A DNA stretch of 30,990 nt from an uncultured bacterium (lineage in GTDB: Bacteria; SAR324; NAC60-12). The stretch's first letter is position 1; each line of letters begins with the position of its first letter. A program made the translations under genes and the position numbers. Positions 16,596 to 28,075 of the stretch are shown here, one piece after another. A model generated the notes under the pieces. The model did no database searches and was not told the DNA's origin. It saw only the letters and a list, made by a program, of their open reading frames with translations. Location: positions 1 to 30,990 of the forward strand of contig CAXGMD010000040.1 of assembly GCA_964010765.1 (NCBI GenBank), in the 5' to 3' direction.

Positions 16596-18680
16596 TCAAT
16601 TATTCAAGATTTGCATAATAAGACTTTTTAATGATGGGAGATCATAAACTGGAGCATGGCATAATTGTCCTTGGCATACATGAATCAATAATTTCTCATC
16701 TGAAGATGCTCTGCCCTCTGCAATTGGAACCTGTTGGCTAACAGGATCTGGATCATCGGAAGGAATAAATGCCACGACAACTTCAGGTAAAAAAGTCTGT
16801 CTCAACCACTGAAGAACCTCCTTCGTTTCTGATTTTGATTCTTCGCCAGAAACAACTACCTCAATACCACCTTTTCGAGCCCAAATCAGGGCGCTCAACA
16901 TAGCTGAAAAATTTACCCCTGCTTGGTGCAGATGAGGTGAAAAGCTATGAAGGATTCTCTCTGCGTCGCTCAGAAGCCCTAAGCCCATTCCAAAGCTAGC
17001 TAATTTTAGAAAAAGCAATGCTGTTGAGGTATTGCCTGAAGGTTCGACTCCATCATGTCCATCAGCTTTCCTGACTAGAACTTCTTCTGCATCAAACCCC
17101 GTTTCATAGTAAGCCCCGTCAGGATTTAAGAAGAGTCGATTGATTTCATTAGCCCAGTGATGAGCCTTTAATATATACTGGGGTTCATAATTCCAAGCGT
17201 AGATATCCAAACACGCTAACCCAAGTTGCGCGTAGTCACTTAGATAAGCAGGAAAATTTGCGTCCCCATCTCTGTAGCGGCGTAATAGGCGCCCATCTTC
17301 AGTAATGAGATTTTCTTCAATGAAAGCCAAGGCGTTGGTTGCTGTTATTCCATATTCATCATGGTCCAGAATTCTTGCAGCTTGTGCAAACGAGCTGATC
17401 ATCAAAGCATTCCAAGAGACTAGGACTTTATCATCTTTTAAAGGGCGAATTCGTTGAGCTCGGACATCAAGTAATTTTCTACGTGCTTTAATGATTATCG
17501 ATTGCCATTCATTTTCATCCAGTCCCAATTGTTCGCTAAAAGCGTTTGATGGTTGGGAAACATTCAGAATATTTTTTCCTTCGAAGTTTCCCTCGTGTGT
17601 TACATTCCAATAATTTGCAAGGATATCAGAATAGTCCTTTTGGACAGTCTTTTTGAATTCATCCGGGGACCACAAATAGAAGAGTCCCTCATGTCCCTCG
17701 CTGTCAGCATCTTCTGCAGAGCAAAAGCCGCCATCCTCAGCCAACATATCTCGTTTAATGTAATGAAAAATATCTTCAGCTATTTCTTTGTGGAATGGAT
17801 TTTTGGTCACTTGGAAGCATTCTAAAGCTACTTGAGCGAATAGTGCGTTGTCGTAAAGCATTTTCTCAAAGTGAGGTACAAGCCAGCGATAATCTGTGCT
17901 GTAACGACAGAGGCCCCCACCCACCTGGTCATAAATTCCTCCATTTCGCATCCTTTCCAATGTAAGTTCAACCATATAAAGATCAGAAGGATTTCCAGTT
18001 CTCAGATGATACCTCAACAGCAGTTGCAGACCCATGCTCGGTGGAAATTTATTAGGTCTTTGGAGTGCAAATCCGCCATCTTCTTGATCAAAAACCTGCC
18101 GATACGCTTGTACGGTTTTTTCAACACAATCCCATTGTGGTAAGGGTTCATCCAAAGGTTCAGGCGCTGGAGCTCTTCTTAAGTAGGTGGTTAGTTGTTC
18201 TGCTGTGTCATGAATTTTTTCTTTTTCCTCATGCCAATAGAATTGGAGACTTTCCAAAACTTGACGAAAACTTTGGCGCCCATACATGGGCTTGGGAGGA
18301 AAATATGTTCCACCAGTAAAGGGCCTACCATCTGGGGTAGCAAACATATTTAGAGGCCATCCTCCTTGTTCACCAAGTGCATGCAGAGCATCCATGAAAA
18401 CCTGATCGATATCTGGTCGCTCTTCTCTGTCAACTTTTATCGCAACAAAATTTCTATTCAAATAATCAGCGGTTTCTCTGTCTTCAAAGGATTCCCTTTC
18501 CATCACATGGCACCAATGGCAGGTTGCGTAACCAATACTAACTAGAATGAGTTTTTGTTCTTTCCGTGCTTTGTCAAAAGCTTCTTGGGACCAAGGAAAC
18601 CAATCCACAGGATTATGAGCGTGCTGAAGTAGGTATGGACTCTTCTGATCAATTAATCGATTGGTATTAGGAGACAACAT
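16596..18680 (-). CDS. YyaL/SSP411 (SPATA20)-family thioredoxin domain-containing protein
   Basis: NRL...[62 protein letters not shown]. Confidence 0.95.
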   Translation of the reverse strand: MLSPNTNRLIDQKSPYLLQHAHNPVDWFPWSQEAFDKARKEQKLILVSIGYATCHWCHVMERESFEDRETADYLNRNFVAIKVDREERPDIDQVFMDALHALGEQGGWPLNMFATPDGRPFTGGTYFPPKPMYGRQSFRQVLESLQFYWHEEKEKIHDTAEQLTTYLRRAPAPEPLDEPLPQWDCVEKTVQAYRQVFDQEDGGFALQRPNKFPPSMGLQLLLRYHLRTGNPSDLYMVELTLERMRNGGIYDQVGGGLCRYSTDYRWLVPHFEKMLYDNALFAQVALECFQVTKNPFHKEIAEDIFHYIKRDMLAEDGGFCSAEDADSEGHEGLFYLWSPDEFKKTVQKDYSDILANYWNVTHEGNFEGKNILNVSQPSNAFSEQLGLDENEWQSIIIKARRKLLDVRAQRIRPLKDDKVLVSWNALMISSFAQAARILDHDEYGITATNALAFIEENLITEDGRLLRRYRDGDANFPAYLSDYAQLGLACLDIYAWNYEPQYILKAHHWANEINRLFLNPDGAYYETGFDAEEVLVRKADGHDGVEPSGNTSTALLFLKLASFGMGLGLLSDAERILHSFSPHLHQAGVNFSAMLSALIWARKGGIEVVVSGEESKSETKEVLQWLRQTFLPEVVVAFIPSDDPDPVSQQVPIAEGRASSDEKLLIHVCQGQLCHAPVYDLPSLKSLIMQILNN

Positions 18681-18811
18681 GAACCTTTAGTTTGAAAGTT
18701 AGTTCATTTTTTTCAAAATTTTTTAGATTTCAAAAAATAAACATGTACTAATTATTGATGAACTGGTTGAATTCAAAATATTAAAATCTTTTAAAATTTT
18801 AATTGAAAAAG

Positions 18812-19654
18812 TTAGATTGGCTTAATCCAAGAAAGCAAATCATTTAGAATATTTGATTGATCTTTTGGAGAGAATTCTTCCCAATTAAATAATGGTTTAT
18901 CCCAATTATTTGACCTCTGAACATTAGCAATTTCGGGTCGTTTTTTCTTCCAATCATGAATTATCCTTTTCCAATGTCTCTTGCGGCGTGCCCAGCGAGA
19001 ATTTTCTTCTGGTGGTGCTAGTAAGCCAATTGAGTAGAAAGCCTTGTCAAGATCGAGAGACTGGTAAATCGGAATGCCCCACCATGAGGATGACTGGGGA
19101 AAACATTTGTTTTCTCCAATGATCCAAGCAGAAGTTAATTTCTTGGAAACAGGGTGTAGACAAGGAGCCAGCAACATAATCTCTGACTGGTGTGATGCTT
19201 TTAATTTACTGATATCAATAATCCAAATATAATTCTCTGTGTCATTCAGTTGTTTGAAAAGAGAATGGCAACTTTGAATCCACGATTGCCTACTAGGGTA
19301 AGAAATCCAAGTGTCCAACACAATCTTGCCTTCCACAAAAGATCTTAGACACCAATTTATACTACCTATGTTAGCCGAAATATTTCTAAAATGATGTGTC
19401 TCAATTATAGAAATTTCTCTACTGCCTTGATTCCAGGCAATTTCAAATGCTTGTTTTGTAAAATTAATTTCATTCTCTTTTTTATCATGGTGTAACTTTT
19501 CAATAATTTTTGAATTTTCAATAATTTCTCTTTTTATTTTGTCAGCAATTTCTTGCTGGATTGGATCTTTAAAGAGATCCTTTTGCAATGAATGAATCAA
19601 CCAATCAGAGAAATGAATTGAATTCATGATTAGAAATTTCTGTACATGGGACAA
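18812..19654 (-). CDS. Hypothetical Trp-rich protein
   Basis: 280-aa ORF filling the gap, no recognised motif. Start may be ATG 19627. Confidence 0.6.
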   Translation of the reverse strand: MSHVQKFLIMNSIHFSDWLIHSLQKDLFKDPIQQEIADKIKREIIENSKIIEKLHHDKKENEINFTKQAFEIAWNQGSREISIIETHHFRNISANIGSINWCLRSFVEGKIVLDTWISYPSRQSWIQSCHSLFKQLNDTENYIWIIDISKLKASHQSEIMLLAPCLHPVSKKLTSAWIIGENKCFPQSSSWWGIPIYQSLDLDKAFYSIGLLAPPEENSRWARRKRHWKRIIHDWKKKRPEIANVQRSNNWDKPLFNWEEFSPKDQSNILNDLLSWIKPI

Positions 19655-19708
19655 TTTGATTTGATATGACTTGTGGTGAGAAATTTACCAAGAATCAAAT
19701 TCATAAAA

Positions 19709-20266
19709 ATGATTAAAATTAGTTCAGGAAATCTTAAAGGGACAAAACTTCTTGTGCCAGATGGTCAATTGGTGCGTCCGAGTTCAAGTCGTTCAAGATC
19801 AGCCGTTTTTAATACACTTCAGCATAGTTTTGATCTGTATGATTTTTTGATTTGGGATGCCTATGCTGGAAGTGGCTCACTTGGTTTGGAGGCATTTAGT
19901 CGAGGCGCAAGGCCAGTAGTTTTTACTGAAAACAACCATTCTAATTTCAAAATATTGATTAAAAATCTGAAAAAATGTGCTCTTTCTCAAAAATGTGCTC
20001 ATCAAATCAGTGCTCAGCAGTGGCTTGATTCTTCAATCGAACCAGCAAAGATTATGGTGTTTTTAGACCCACCCTATCAATCAGATGAGTTAAGCAAAAT
20101 CATTCCAAAGCTTGCCCTATCCAAAATTATTTTGAATGGGAGTTTGGTCATTGCTGAAACAGATTCCAAGATCATGCTGAACTGGCCAAGCCAATTTGAG
20201 TTGTTCTTTTCAAGAAAGTACGGGCGCACTAAAATTGAGATTGCTGAAAAACTGGAGATGGCTTGA
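19709..20266 (+). CDS. rsmD: 16S rRNA m2G966 methyltransferase
   Basis: MIKISSGNLKG..L, RPSS, DAYAGSGSLGLEAFSRGA, FLDPPY, KYGRT. Confidence 0.92.
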   Translation: MIKISSGNLKGTKLLVPDGQLVRPSSSRSRSAVFNTLQHSFDLYDFLIWDAYAGSGSLGLEAFSRGARPVVFTENNHSNFKILIKNLKKCALSQKCAHQISAQQWLDSSIEPAKIMVFLDPPYQSDELSKIIPKLALSKIILNGSLVIAETDSKIMLNWPSQFELFFSRKYGRTKIEIAEKLEMA

Positions 20267-21579
20267 TTAAAAATTCAGTTTGGGAAGAAAGGCGCTCTGG
20301 AAAGTCTTTGAATCGTAAAGACGATCCACGTACCCCGTTTGAGCGGGACCGAGCCAGGGTGATTCATTCTGCCGCCTTTCGTCGATTGCAGTCTAAAACC
20401 CAGATTCTTGGTACTACTGAAGGTGATTTTCACCGAACAAGACTAACACATTCGATGGAGGTTGCTCAAATCAGCAGAGGTTTGCTGTTGGTTATCGAAA
20501 GGAATCAACCTGAGTTCCAAGAATATTTACCATCCTCTGCCTTGCTTGAAACGATTTGTCTCTCACATGATTTGGGGCATCCACCATTTGGTCATGGTGG
20601 TGAGGTCGCTCTAAATTCGATGCTACACAAGCACGGTGGTTTTGAAGCAAATGGACAAACTCTTCGCCAGTTGACAAAACTCGAAGCACATACCCCAGAG
20701 TATGGTCTAGATCTTACGAGGAGATCTTTACTAGGTGTGATTAAGTATCCAGTTTTTTATAAGGAAGTCTGTAAGTCCACATGGCCCAAAGAGAATTCCC
20801 CAACACCAAGGTATGCTTGGCTTCCTCCAAAATGTATTTTTGAAACGGAAGAAGAAATTCTAGAATGGTTGCTTAGCCCGTTCAATTCATCAGATAGAAA
20901 AATTTTCCGCGAATATCTTCCCCCTAATGAAAGTGAACATGGTTCTTCAAAGTACCTCTCCTTGGATACATCGTTGATGGAATTGGCAGACGATATTGCC
21001 TATGGAGTACATGATCTTGAGGACGCAATCGCTCTAAAATTAATAACCAGAGAGCACTGGCAGGAAGTCCAAGAAAATTTTGATTCTAAATGGTGGGAAG
21101 CTCAAAACATTGGTCACCTAGAGAATCAACTTTTTTCAAGCTTCGATGACAGCAGTTCATTGAGGAAACAAGCAATCGGTGGAATCGTACATTTGCTGGT
21201 CAGCTCTTTGGAAATTGTGAAGCAGAAGAAATTTGATAATCCTCTGTTGGATCTCAATGCGAAACTGTCTATCGAATCTTCGAGATTTATTTCCCTCTTG
21301 AAAGATGTCGTCTTCAAACACGTAATTCAATCAAACAGTGTCCAACTATCGACTTACCGAGGACATCATATTGTTAGAAAACTATTTGAAATTTTTCTGC
21401 AAGAGGGGGCATCAATCCTTCCAGATCCGTTCAGGAGAAGATTTACTACCTCCTCATCGGAAAAAGAGGCTGCTAGGATTGTCGGTGACTATATTGCCGG
21501 AATGACAGATTCCTTTGCTAGCAGAACATATGAAAAGCTTTTTGAACCTGGTAAGGGTTCTGTGTTTGACAGAAATTGA
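20263..21579 (+). CDS. dgt: HD-domain dGTP triphosphohydrolase
   Basis: RDRARVIHSAAFRRLQSKTQ, RTRLTHSMEV, HDLGHPPFGHGGE, FEANGQ, ADDIAYGVHDLED, DYIAGMTD. Confidence 0.95.
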   Translation: MIKNSVWEERRSGKSLNRKDDPRTPFERDRARVIHSAAFRRLQSKTQILGTTEGDFHRTRLTHSMEVAQISRGLLLVIERNQPEFQEYLPSSALLETICLSHDLGHPPFGHGGEVALNSMLHKHGGFEANGQTLRQLTKLEAHTPEYGLDLTRRSLLGVIKYPVFYKEVCKSTWPKENSPTPRYAWLPPKCIFETEEEILEWLLSPFNSSDRKIFREYLPPNESEHGSSKYLSLDTSLMELADDIAYGVHDLEDAIALKLITREHWQEVQENFDSKWWEAQNIGHLENQLFSSFDDSSSLRKQAIGGIVHLLVSSLEIVKQKKFDNPLLDLNAKLSIESSRFISLLKDVVFKHVIQSNSVQLSTYRGHHIVRKLFEIFLQEGASILPDPFRRRFTTSSSEKEAARIVGDYIAGMTDSFASRTYEKLFEPGKGSVFDRN

Positions 21580-21589
21580 ATCCAATGAA

Positions 21590-21619
21590 GGAGGAGCAAC
21601 GATGCTCAGTTGTTCCTCC
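21590..21619. terminator. Hairpin between convergent dgt and csp, probable bidirectional terminator
   Basis: GGAGGAGCAAC-GATGCTCA-GTTGTTCCTCC, an 11-bp stem with one G-U pair. Confidence 0.6.
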
Positions 21620-21630
21620 ATGTTGCTTCT

Positions 21631-21825
21631 TCAGATCGTCCGAACATTCACAGCACATGGCCCCTTGCGGCCTTCGCCAATTTCAAATTCGACAATCTCC
21701 CCTTCTTTAAGGTATTTGCCTTGAACCTGAGAAAAATGAACAAACAGATCTTCACCTGACTCTTGAGCAATGAACCCATAACCTTTGCGTTCATTGAACC
21801 ACTTGACACGCCCTTGTTGTTGCAT
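21631..21825 (-). CDS. csp: Cold-shock protein
   Basis: GRVKWFN, KGYGFI (RNP1), LFVHFS (RNP2), [12 protein letters not shown] ribosome-binding site. Confidence 0.96.
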   Translation of the reverse strand: MQQQGRVKWFNERKGYGFIAQESGEDLFVHFSQVQGKYLKEGEIVEFEIGEGRKGPCAVNVRTI

Positions 21826-22148
21826 GGTTGGCCTCTACTCGGTGATGAAGAATTCACCCCAACTTTTGAGGTCAGCCAAGAGTATCCTTTTTAAACCAGT
21901 AAGCAAGCCTTCAGTTTTGATAGAAAATATAAAATTTAATTAAAACAGCTATTTGAGCAGTTAAATTTTGCATGACAAATATTCGATGCAAATAATTTCA
22001 TAAATTTTTAATCATGATCAGTACTAATTTCGTGATCTTGCAGATATAATTTCGTTCTTGCATGGAATATGCGTTTCATATCAAAGCTTTGATGGTAAGG
22101 ATTAGAAAAAATTCATAAAATCATGTACTGAACCTGAGTTATACTAGA

Positions 22149-24101
22149 ATGTCACAACAGCAATTTAAATTTAAAGAACGTCTTCGTTATCGGCTAGATA
22201 ATTTCTTTTCCAAAGGCGGTACTGCAGTATTCCTAGCATTGCTCTTCTTATTTTTCATCGCGTTTGTTGTCATGGGATCTCTACGACTACTAGCTTTCGT
22301 GCTATTCCCAGATGAAAATATTGAAGAGATGGGATTTTTGCTTTGGCATGCTTTCTTCCAAATCATTGACTCCGGCTCACTTGCAGAGTTAGACGCGCAA
22401 TCTAATCTTGCTGGGAAATTGGTTGCTATAGCTACCATTTTCATGGGACTGGTGTTGTTTTCTAGCATGGTTGCTTTCATTACTCAGCAATTTGAAATGC
22501 GACTATCCATTCTTAGAAAGGGAAAGAGCAAAGTTCTCGAGAAAAACCATACAATCATTTTAGGATTTGATATTCGTTGTCTGGAAATCATCAAAGAACT
22601 AATTGAAGCAAATGCATCTGAAAAAGATGCAGTTGTAGTTGTGATGGCTGACCGTGAGAAAGAAGAGATGGATGATTATTTTCACGAACACCTTCCAGAC
22701 ACACAAACCACTCGCATAATTTGCAGAACTGGTTTGGCCTCATCGCCCCAGGCTTTGAGAAAAATAGGAGTGGATAAAGGGAGATCCGTTATCTTGACAA
22801 ATCCCTCTCCTCAGGTTGCAACCAACACTGTGAAAATGCAGGGGGATTACCAGATCTTGAAAGCCATCATGGCAATTTCTTCTGTGACTGGGGAGGAGAA
22901 GATGCCCCCAGTTATTGCAAAATTGTTTTTTGAGCGGAATCGAGATCTTGCTCGTGGAATAGCACCAGGCAAGGTGGTTGTTCTTGATGAAGATCTCATC
23001 CTTGCAAAAATCCTTGTGCAGACTTCAAGAATTCCAGGCTTGTCACTGGTTTACTCCCAGTTGGTTGGCTTCGTTGGTGACGAAATTTATTTCTCCACGA
23101 TTCCTCAATTTATTTGTGGGAAAACTTTCGGTGAAATGCAGTTTCATTTTCAGAGAAGTGTCCCTATCGGAGTCAGGCGATCTGATTTGATTATGCTCAA
23201 TCCAAAGCCTGAAACTGTCTTGGAGGAGGGGGATGAGGCTATAGTAATTGCTGAGGACGACTCAACAATTCACTTTTTTGAACAACCAGTTGTTGAGCCA
23301 ACAGAACTCTCTTACTCCGAAAACAAAGTTCTTCCAAAGATTGAAAAGTACCTGATCTTCGGATGGAACAGGAAGCTACCAATATTGGTTGACGAATACA
23401 GCGGTTACATACACGATGGGTCTGTGATAGATATAATCGTGCCGAGAAAATCAGATGCGATGGAGAGAATTTTTCAGCAACTTTCCAGTAAGCACCCAAA
23501 GGTGCGGATGACTTTGCAGCAAGTAAATCCTTCCATGTCCAACTTCCCTGGTCGACTCTATCCCCACCGTTACGATAACGTAATTATCATGGCAGGAGAG
23601 AATGGTACTACTGAGGAAATTGATTCTGAAACAATTTCCATGTTGCTCAAATTCCGCCACTTTTTTAGAGAAGTTAGAAACAAAGGGGAGGAAGTCCACA
23701 CCCAACTAATCACCGAAGTAATGGACTCAGCTAATGCCCAAATTATTCAGCAATCTGGGGTTAAAGATTTTCTTGTAAGCAACCAATTTGTTTCCAAGAT
23801 GATGGCTCAGATCTCTGAAGACCCAGATGTTAATTTGGTCTATGAAGACCTTTTTCGCGAAGATGGCAGTGAGACATATCTTAAACCAGCATGGCTATAT
23901 TTTGAAAATTTACCGGCGGAATTATCTTTCGCAGATGTAATGCTTGCTGCACAGAAAAGAAATGAGGTTTGTTTTGGTTTGAAAATAAAATCCGAAGAAT
24001 ATGAACCAAAATTCGGTATTCACATAATTCCTAAGAAAGATGAAGTTTTCAATCTTGAAGAGGGCGATATGCTAATTGTCCTTGCTGAAGACGAATATTA
24101 A
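22149..24101 (+). CDS. CASTOR/POLLUX(DMI1)-related cation channel with tandem RCK domains
   Basis: [15 protein letters not shown]-pore-TM with [28 protein letters not shown], second RCK (IFGWN), [21 protein letters not shown]. Confidence 0.85.
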   Translation: MSQQQFKFKERLRYRLDNFFSKGGTAVFLALLFLFFIAFVVMGSLRLLAFVLFPDENIEEMGFLLWHAFFQIIDSGSLAELDAQSNLAGKLVAIATIFMGLVLFSSMVAFITQQFEMRLSILRKGKSKVLEKNHTIILGFDIRCLEIIKELIEANASEKDAVVVVMADREKEEMDDYFHEHLPDTQTTRIICRTGLASSPQALRKIGVDKGRSVILTNPSPQVATNTVKMQGDYQILKAIMAISSVTGEEKMPPVIAKLFFERNRDLARGIAPGKVVVLDEDLILAKILVQTSRIPGLSLVYSQLVGFVGDEIYFSTIPQFICGKTFGEMQFHFQRSVPIGVRRSDLIMLNPKPETVLEEGDEAIVIAEDDSTIHFFEQPVVEPTELSYSENKVLPKIEKYLIFGWNRKLPILVDEYSGYIHDGSVIDIIVPRKSDAMERIFQQLSSKHPKVRMTLQQVNPSMSNFPGRLYPHRYDNVIIMAGENGTTEEIDSETISMLLKFRHFFREVRNKGEEVHTQLITEVMDSANAQIIQQSGVKDFLVSNQFVSKMMAQISEDPDVNLVYEDLFREDGSETYLKPAWLYFENLPAELSFADVMLAAQKRNEVCFGLKIKSEEYEPKFGIHIIPKKDEVFNLEEGDMLIVLAEDEY

Positions 24102-24130
24102 TCTTCGATAGACTCATTCCCCACCCTCCC

Positions 24131-26113
24131 ATGTCGGAAGTCTTTCAGATTCAGGCTGATTACCATCCTACAGGTGATCAGCCTGAAGCAATCGAATTCC
24201 TCTGCAATAATCTTGATTCAAAAGTCAGAAACCAGATTTTACTAGGTATCACCGGATCTGGGAAGACTTTCACGATGGCCAGCATTATCGCAAGATTACA
24301 GCGGCCCGCCTTAGTCCTGGCTCACAACAAAACTCTTGCAGCACAGCTTTACAACGAATTCCAACAGTTTTTTCCAGAAAATGCGGTCGAATACTTCGTG
24401 AGCTTCTACGATTACTACCAACCGGAAGCCTATGTTCCCCAAAGAGATTTGTTTATTGAAAAGGATACTGCGCTTAACGATGAATTAGACCGTCTCCGCC
24501 TTTCTGCTACTCGCTCAATACTGGAAAGGAAGGATGTTGTCATTGTCAGCAGCGTCTCATGTATTTATGGATTGGGCGATCCTGAAGAGTATGGACAAAT
24601 GTTGCTCTATTTGCGTCAAGGCGATCGTTACAGGAGAGGGCAACTCTTAGAAAGATTGGTGGAGATCCGCTATGAACGGAACGATTATGACTTTCATCGT
24701 GGAACATTTCGCGTTCGTGGAGATGTCATCGAGATTTACATGGCCGAAGCAGAATATGCCGTGCGGGTAGAACTTTGGGGGGATGAAATTGAAAATATAA
24801 GTAAATTTGACCCACTTACGGGAAAGAGAATTGCGGGTCTTCGTCACTTTGTAATCTACCCGGCTTCGCACTACGTTACAGGTTCAGAAACGATTCCAAC
24901 CACAATCAGTATGATCCGTGAAGAGCTTCAAGAACGATTGGAAGAGCTACATTCCCAGGGAAAGTTGGTCGAATATCATCGCCTGAAGCAAAGAACAGAA
25001 CATGATATTGAAATGATTGAGGAAACTGGGTTTTGCCAAGGAATTGAAAACTACAGCCGCATCATTCAGCGCAGGCCTCCAGGTTCTGCTCCAACTACTT
25101 TACTTAATTATCTGCCAGACAATGCAATTATCTTTGTAGACGAAAGCCATGCTAGCCTTCCTCAAGTTCGAGGCATGTACATGGGCGATAGAAGTCGCAA
25201 AACCACATTGGTTGAGCATGGATTTCGACTGCCATCCGCAATCGATAATCGTCCGCTTACTTTTGAGGAATTCGAAAAAGTAGACCTCCCCTTCATCTAC
25301 GTTTCAGCTACTCCAGGTGATTACGAATTGCAGAAAGCTGGACCGCAAGTGGCTGAACTGGTGATTCGTCCAACTGGACTAGTAGACCCACCCATTGAAA
25401 TACGGCCTGTCATCGGGCAAGTCGATGACATGCTTGAAGAAATTCGTATTCGCGTTGAGAAAGAAGAAAGAGTTTTGATTACAACCCTGACAAAGAGGAT
25501 GGCAGAAGATCTGACAGATTATTATAAAGATCTTGGTGTAAGAGTGGTCTACATGCATTCAGATGTGGATGCTGTGGAACGAACCCAAATTCTTCATGAT
25601 CTAAGAATGGGCAAATACGATGTTTTAGTAGGAATCAACTTGCTTCGCGAAGGACTGGATTTGCCAGAAGTTTCCCTTGTTGGGATTTTTGATGCCGATA
25701 AAGAGGGGTTTCTTCGGTCTACACGTTCATTGATTCAGACTTGTGGTCGGGCAGCAAGAAATGTTCATGGACAAGTGCTGATGTACGCGGATCGAATTAC
25801 AAGATCGATGCAGGAGACGATTGACATCACCGAAGCGCGGAGAACAAGGCAACTAGATTACAATCAGAAAAACAACATAACTCCAAGAACCGTAAAACGT
25901 TTTGTGGCGCCTTCCTTACGCACTGAAATGGCTGAAGAAGAAGTCGTTGAAGATGCAGCGCCAGTTTATCAAAATCATAGTAAAATTGAGGATAAGATCA
26001 CTGAGCTTGAATCGGATATGCGAACAGCCGCAAGTAATCTTGAATTTGAATTTGCTGCAAAATTGCGGGACCAGATTCAAAAGTTAAAATTGTCAATTGG
26101 TACAGTCGATTGA
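24131..26113 (+). CDS. uvrB: Excinuclease ABC subunit B
   Basis: [45 protein letters not shown]-terminal UVR domain ([11 protein letters not shown]). Confidence 0.99.
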   Translation: MSEVFQIQADYHPTGDQPEAIEFLCNNLDSKVRNQILLGITGSGKTFTMASIIARLQRPALVLAHNKTLAAQLYNEFQQFFPENAVEYFVSFYDYYQPEAYVPQRDLFIEKDTALNDELDRLRLSATRSILERKDVVIVSSVSCIYGLGDPEEYGQMLLYLRQGDRYRRGQLLERLVEIRYERNDYDFHRGTFRVRGDVIEIYMAEAEYAVRVELWGDEIENISKFDPLTGKRIAGLRHFVIYPASHYVTGSETIPTTISMIREELQERLEELHSQGKLVEYHRLKQRTEHDIEMIEETGFCQGIENYSRIIQRRPPGSAPTTLLNYLPDNAIIFVDESHASLPQVRGMYMGDRSRKTTLVEHGFRLPSAIDNRPLTFEEFEKVDLPFIYVSATPGDYELQKAGPQVAELVIRPTGLVDPPIEIRPVIGQVDDMLEEIRIRVEKEERVLITTLTKRMAEDLTDYYKDLGVRVVYMHSDVDAVERTQILHDLRMGKYDVLVGINLLREGLDLPEVSLVGIFDADKEGFLRSTRSLIQTCGRAARNVHGQVLMYADRITRSMQETIDITEARRTRQLDYNQKNNITPRTVKRFVAPSLRTEMAEEEVVEDAAPVYQNHSKIEDKITELESDMRTAASNLEFEFAAKLRDQIQKLKLSIGTVD

Positions 26114-28032
26114 GAATACTCAATCAATTCCTCAGTCATAAAATAAGATTCCCAAAGTATCCTTCCCCACTTTGGATTTTCTTTACTGCTTCATTCTGCC
26201 TCCCATCATTAATTCGCACCTCTCTCCTATTAGAACAAACGGAACTCCATCCTAGAATACTAAAGACTTTTTCATTAGGTCTTGGCTATGACCTGATGAA
26301 TGCCGCATTGATTACTCTTGTATTCGGGCTAATTCCATTTCCAAATCGTTTATTCAAAATTTTCAGTACTTTGCTCTTTTTTGCGCTAGCAGTCTTTTCC
26401 TTCATTGATTATCAATATTTACTTCAATTCGGCTCGCATCTTCCTTTTCATACGCTTGAGTATCTTCAGGCACCTCAACACTTCTCATCAACTGTTATTG
26501 CTGCGCTGCTTCACCCCAGTTTCATAATGATTGTCTTTATACCTATCACAGGTTTTGTCTTTCTAGCCTTCCATTTCCGTAAAGATTCACATTCATGGAA
26601 GCGAAAGTTACTGATTCGGATTGTAAGTCTGATTACTTTATTTGTGATAGGTGGGAGCGCAGGCAGTTACAGTAATTCTTATGTTGGAAAAAATATTGAT
26701 GATCCACTTACCACAGCGGCATTAAATTATTTTTTTTGGACTCAAGACCGTGAAAAAGAAGTTACTGTTGAGAAACCCACCGAAGCGTTGGAGTTGATTC
26801 AAACCGATTTACTAGGAAAGATTCCTACAGATCCAGTTTATCGTGAATATCCTCTTGTCCGAGCACACGCCGCTAGTGGGTGTTCAATCAAAGCAACCGA
26901 ACTAGCCACCTTGCTTTGCCAAGATCCTTCCAAAAAGCTCAACATCATTTTACTTTTGATGGAATCCTTCAGAGCAGCCGAAATTGGGGTCTATGGTAGT
27001 AAAATAGATTTGACTCCTAGATTTGATGAGTGGTCCAAGAAGGGCATTCTTTTCAAGAATTTTTACGCAAATGGCTTTCAAACTCGCCACGGTGAAATCG
27101 CAACCTATTGTTCAGTGATGCCAAATTATGGTGCGGCAGTGCTGAAACGCTATGCGAAAAACCATTTTCTCTGCTTGCCAGCTGTACTTCAGTATAATGG
27201 ATATTCAACAACTTGGATTCATGCTGGAGATGCGAGTTTTGATGGACAAGCAACGTTTTTTCAAGAAAATGGTTTTGAAAAAATCATTGATAAATTTGAT
27301 TTTCCAAGTGACACAGAAGAATTAGGTTGGGGGTATTCTGATGGAGCTCTCTTCCAAAAAATTCTGACTACCCTACCATCACTGGAAAAACCTTTTTTTG
27401 CTTCAGCCCTTACGATTACAAATCATCATCCATTTGAAGTTCCAACTGAATATGAATTAGGACTGGGGACTCAAGATCTCCATAATTATTATAATTCTGT
27501 CCATTATATGGATTCAAAATTGGGGGAGTTTCTATCGCTTGCTGAAAAAGAACCTTGGTTTGAAAATACGCTGATCTTCATCACTGCGGACACTTCTAGC
27601 TTTCAGCCACCCCAATCAGAGCCCAAGGACTTTGGTGAATTTGTTGCGCTTCGATCTCGGATTCCTTTGTTAATTCTGGGAGGTCCAATTAAGCAAAATG
27701 CTGAAATTAATGAGTTCGCAAGTCAGATAGACTTAGCTCCTACAATAATGGATTTACTTGGTTTAGCCTGGACCAGTCCATGGGTTGGAAAATCTCTGAT
27801 TGCTAAACAAGATCTTCTGATTGCCTACACGAATAGACCTGGAAGCTACTGGGCGGTAATGAGTGAAGAAGGAAGCGTTTTTTCAGAAAATGATCATAAA
27901 TTCCACGTGGATGATCTGATTAATACCCAAATGGAAGATAGATTGAAATCTTTAGGAAGTTCTTGGCTAAGAGTTACCAGTTGGCTACTCCAAGAAGATC
28001 TCAATTGGCCAAAATTGGCCAAAAATAATTAG
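26110..28032 (+). CDS. LTA synthase-family (membrane sulfatase-fold phosphoglycerol transferase-like) protein
   Basis: About five N-terminal TM helices, [10 protein letters not shown], putative nucleophile Thr in [23 protein letters not shown]. Confidence 0.88.
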   Translation: MRILNQFLSHKIRFPKYPSPLWIFFTASFCLPSLIRTSLLLEQTELHPRILKTFSLGLGYDLMNAALITLVFGLIPFPNRLFKIFSTLLFFALAVFSFIDYQYLLQFGSHLPFHTLEYLQAPQHFSSTVIAALLHPSFIMIVFIPITGFVFLAFHFRKDSHSWKRKLLIRIVSLITLFVIGGSAGSYSNSYVGKNIDDPLTTAALNYFFWTQDREKEVTVEKPTEALELIQTDLLGKIPTDPVYREYPLVRAHAASGCSIKATELATLLCQDPSKKLNIILLLMESFRAAEIGVYGSKIDLTPRFDEWSKKGILFKNFYANGFQTRHGEIATYCSVMPNYGAAVLKRYAKNHFLCLPAVLQYNGYSTTWIHAGDASFDGQATFFQENGFEKIIDKFDFPSDTEELGWGYSDGALFQKILTTLPSLEKPFFASALTITNHHPFEVPTEYELGLGTQDLHNYYNSVHYMDSKLGEFLSLAEKEPWFENTLIFITADTSSFQPPQSEPKDFGEFVALRSRIPLLILGGPIKQNAEINEFASQIDLAPTIMDLLGLAWTSPWVGKSLIAKQDLLIAYTNRPGSYWAVMSEEGSVFSENDHKFHVDDLINTQMEDRLKSLGSSWLRVTSWLLQEDLNWPKLAKNN

Positions 28033-28075
28033 ATGGCTTCTCCAATAAAAATAACAAAATCAAATAGATGAAAAT

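Noticed and set aside
22030..22062. Sigma-54 promoter based on TTGCA
   Set aside because: There is no GG at the -24 position upstream of either TTGCA.
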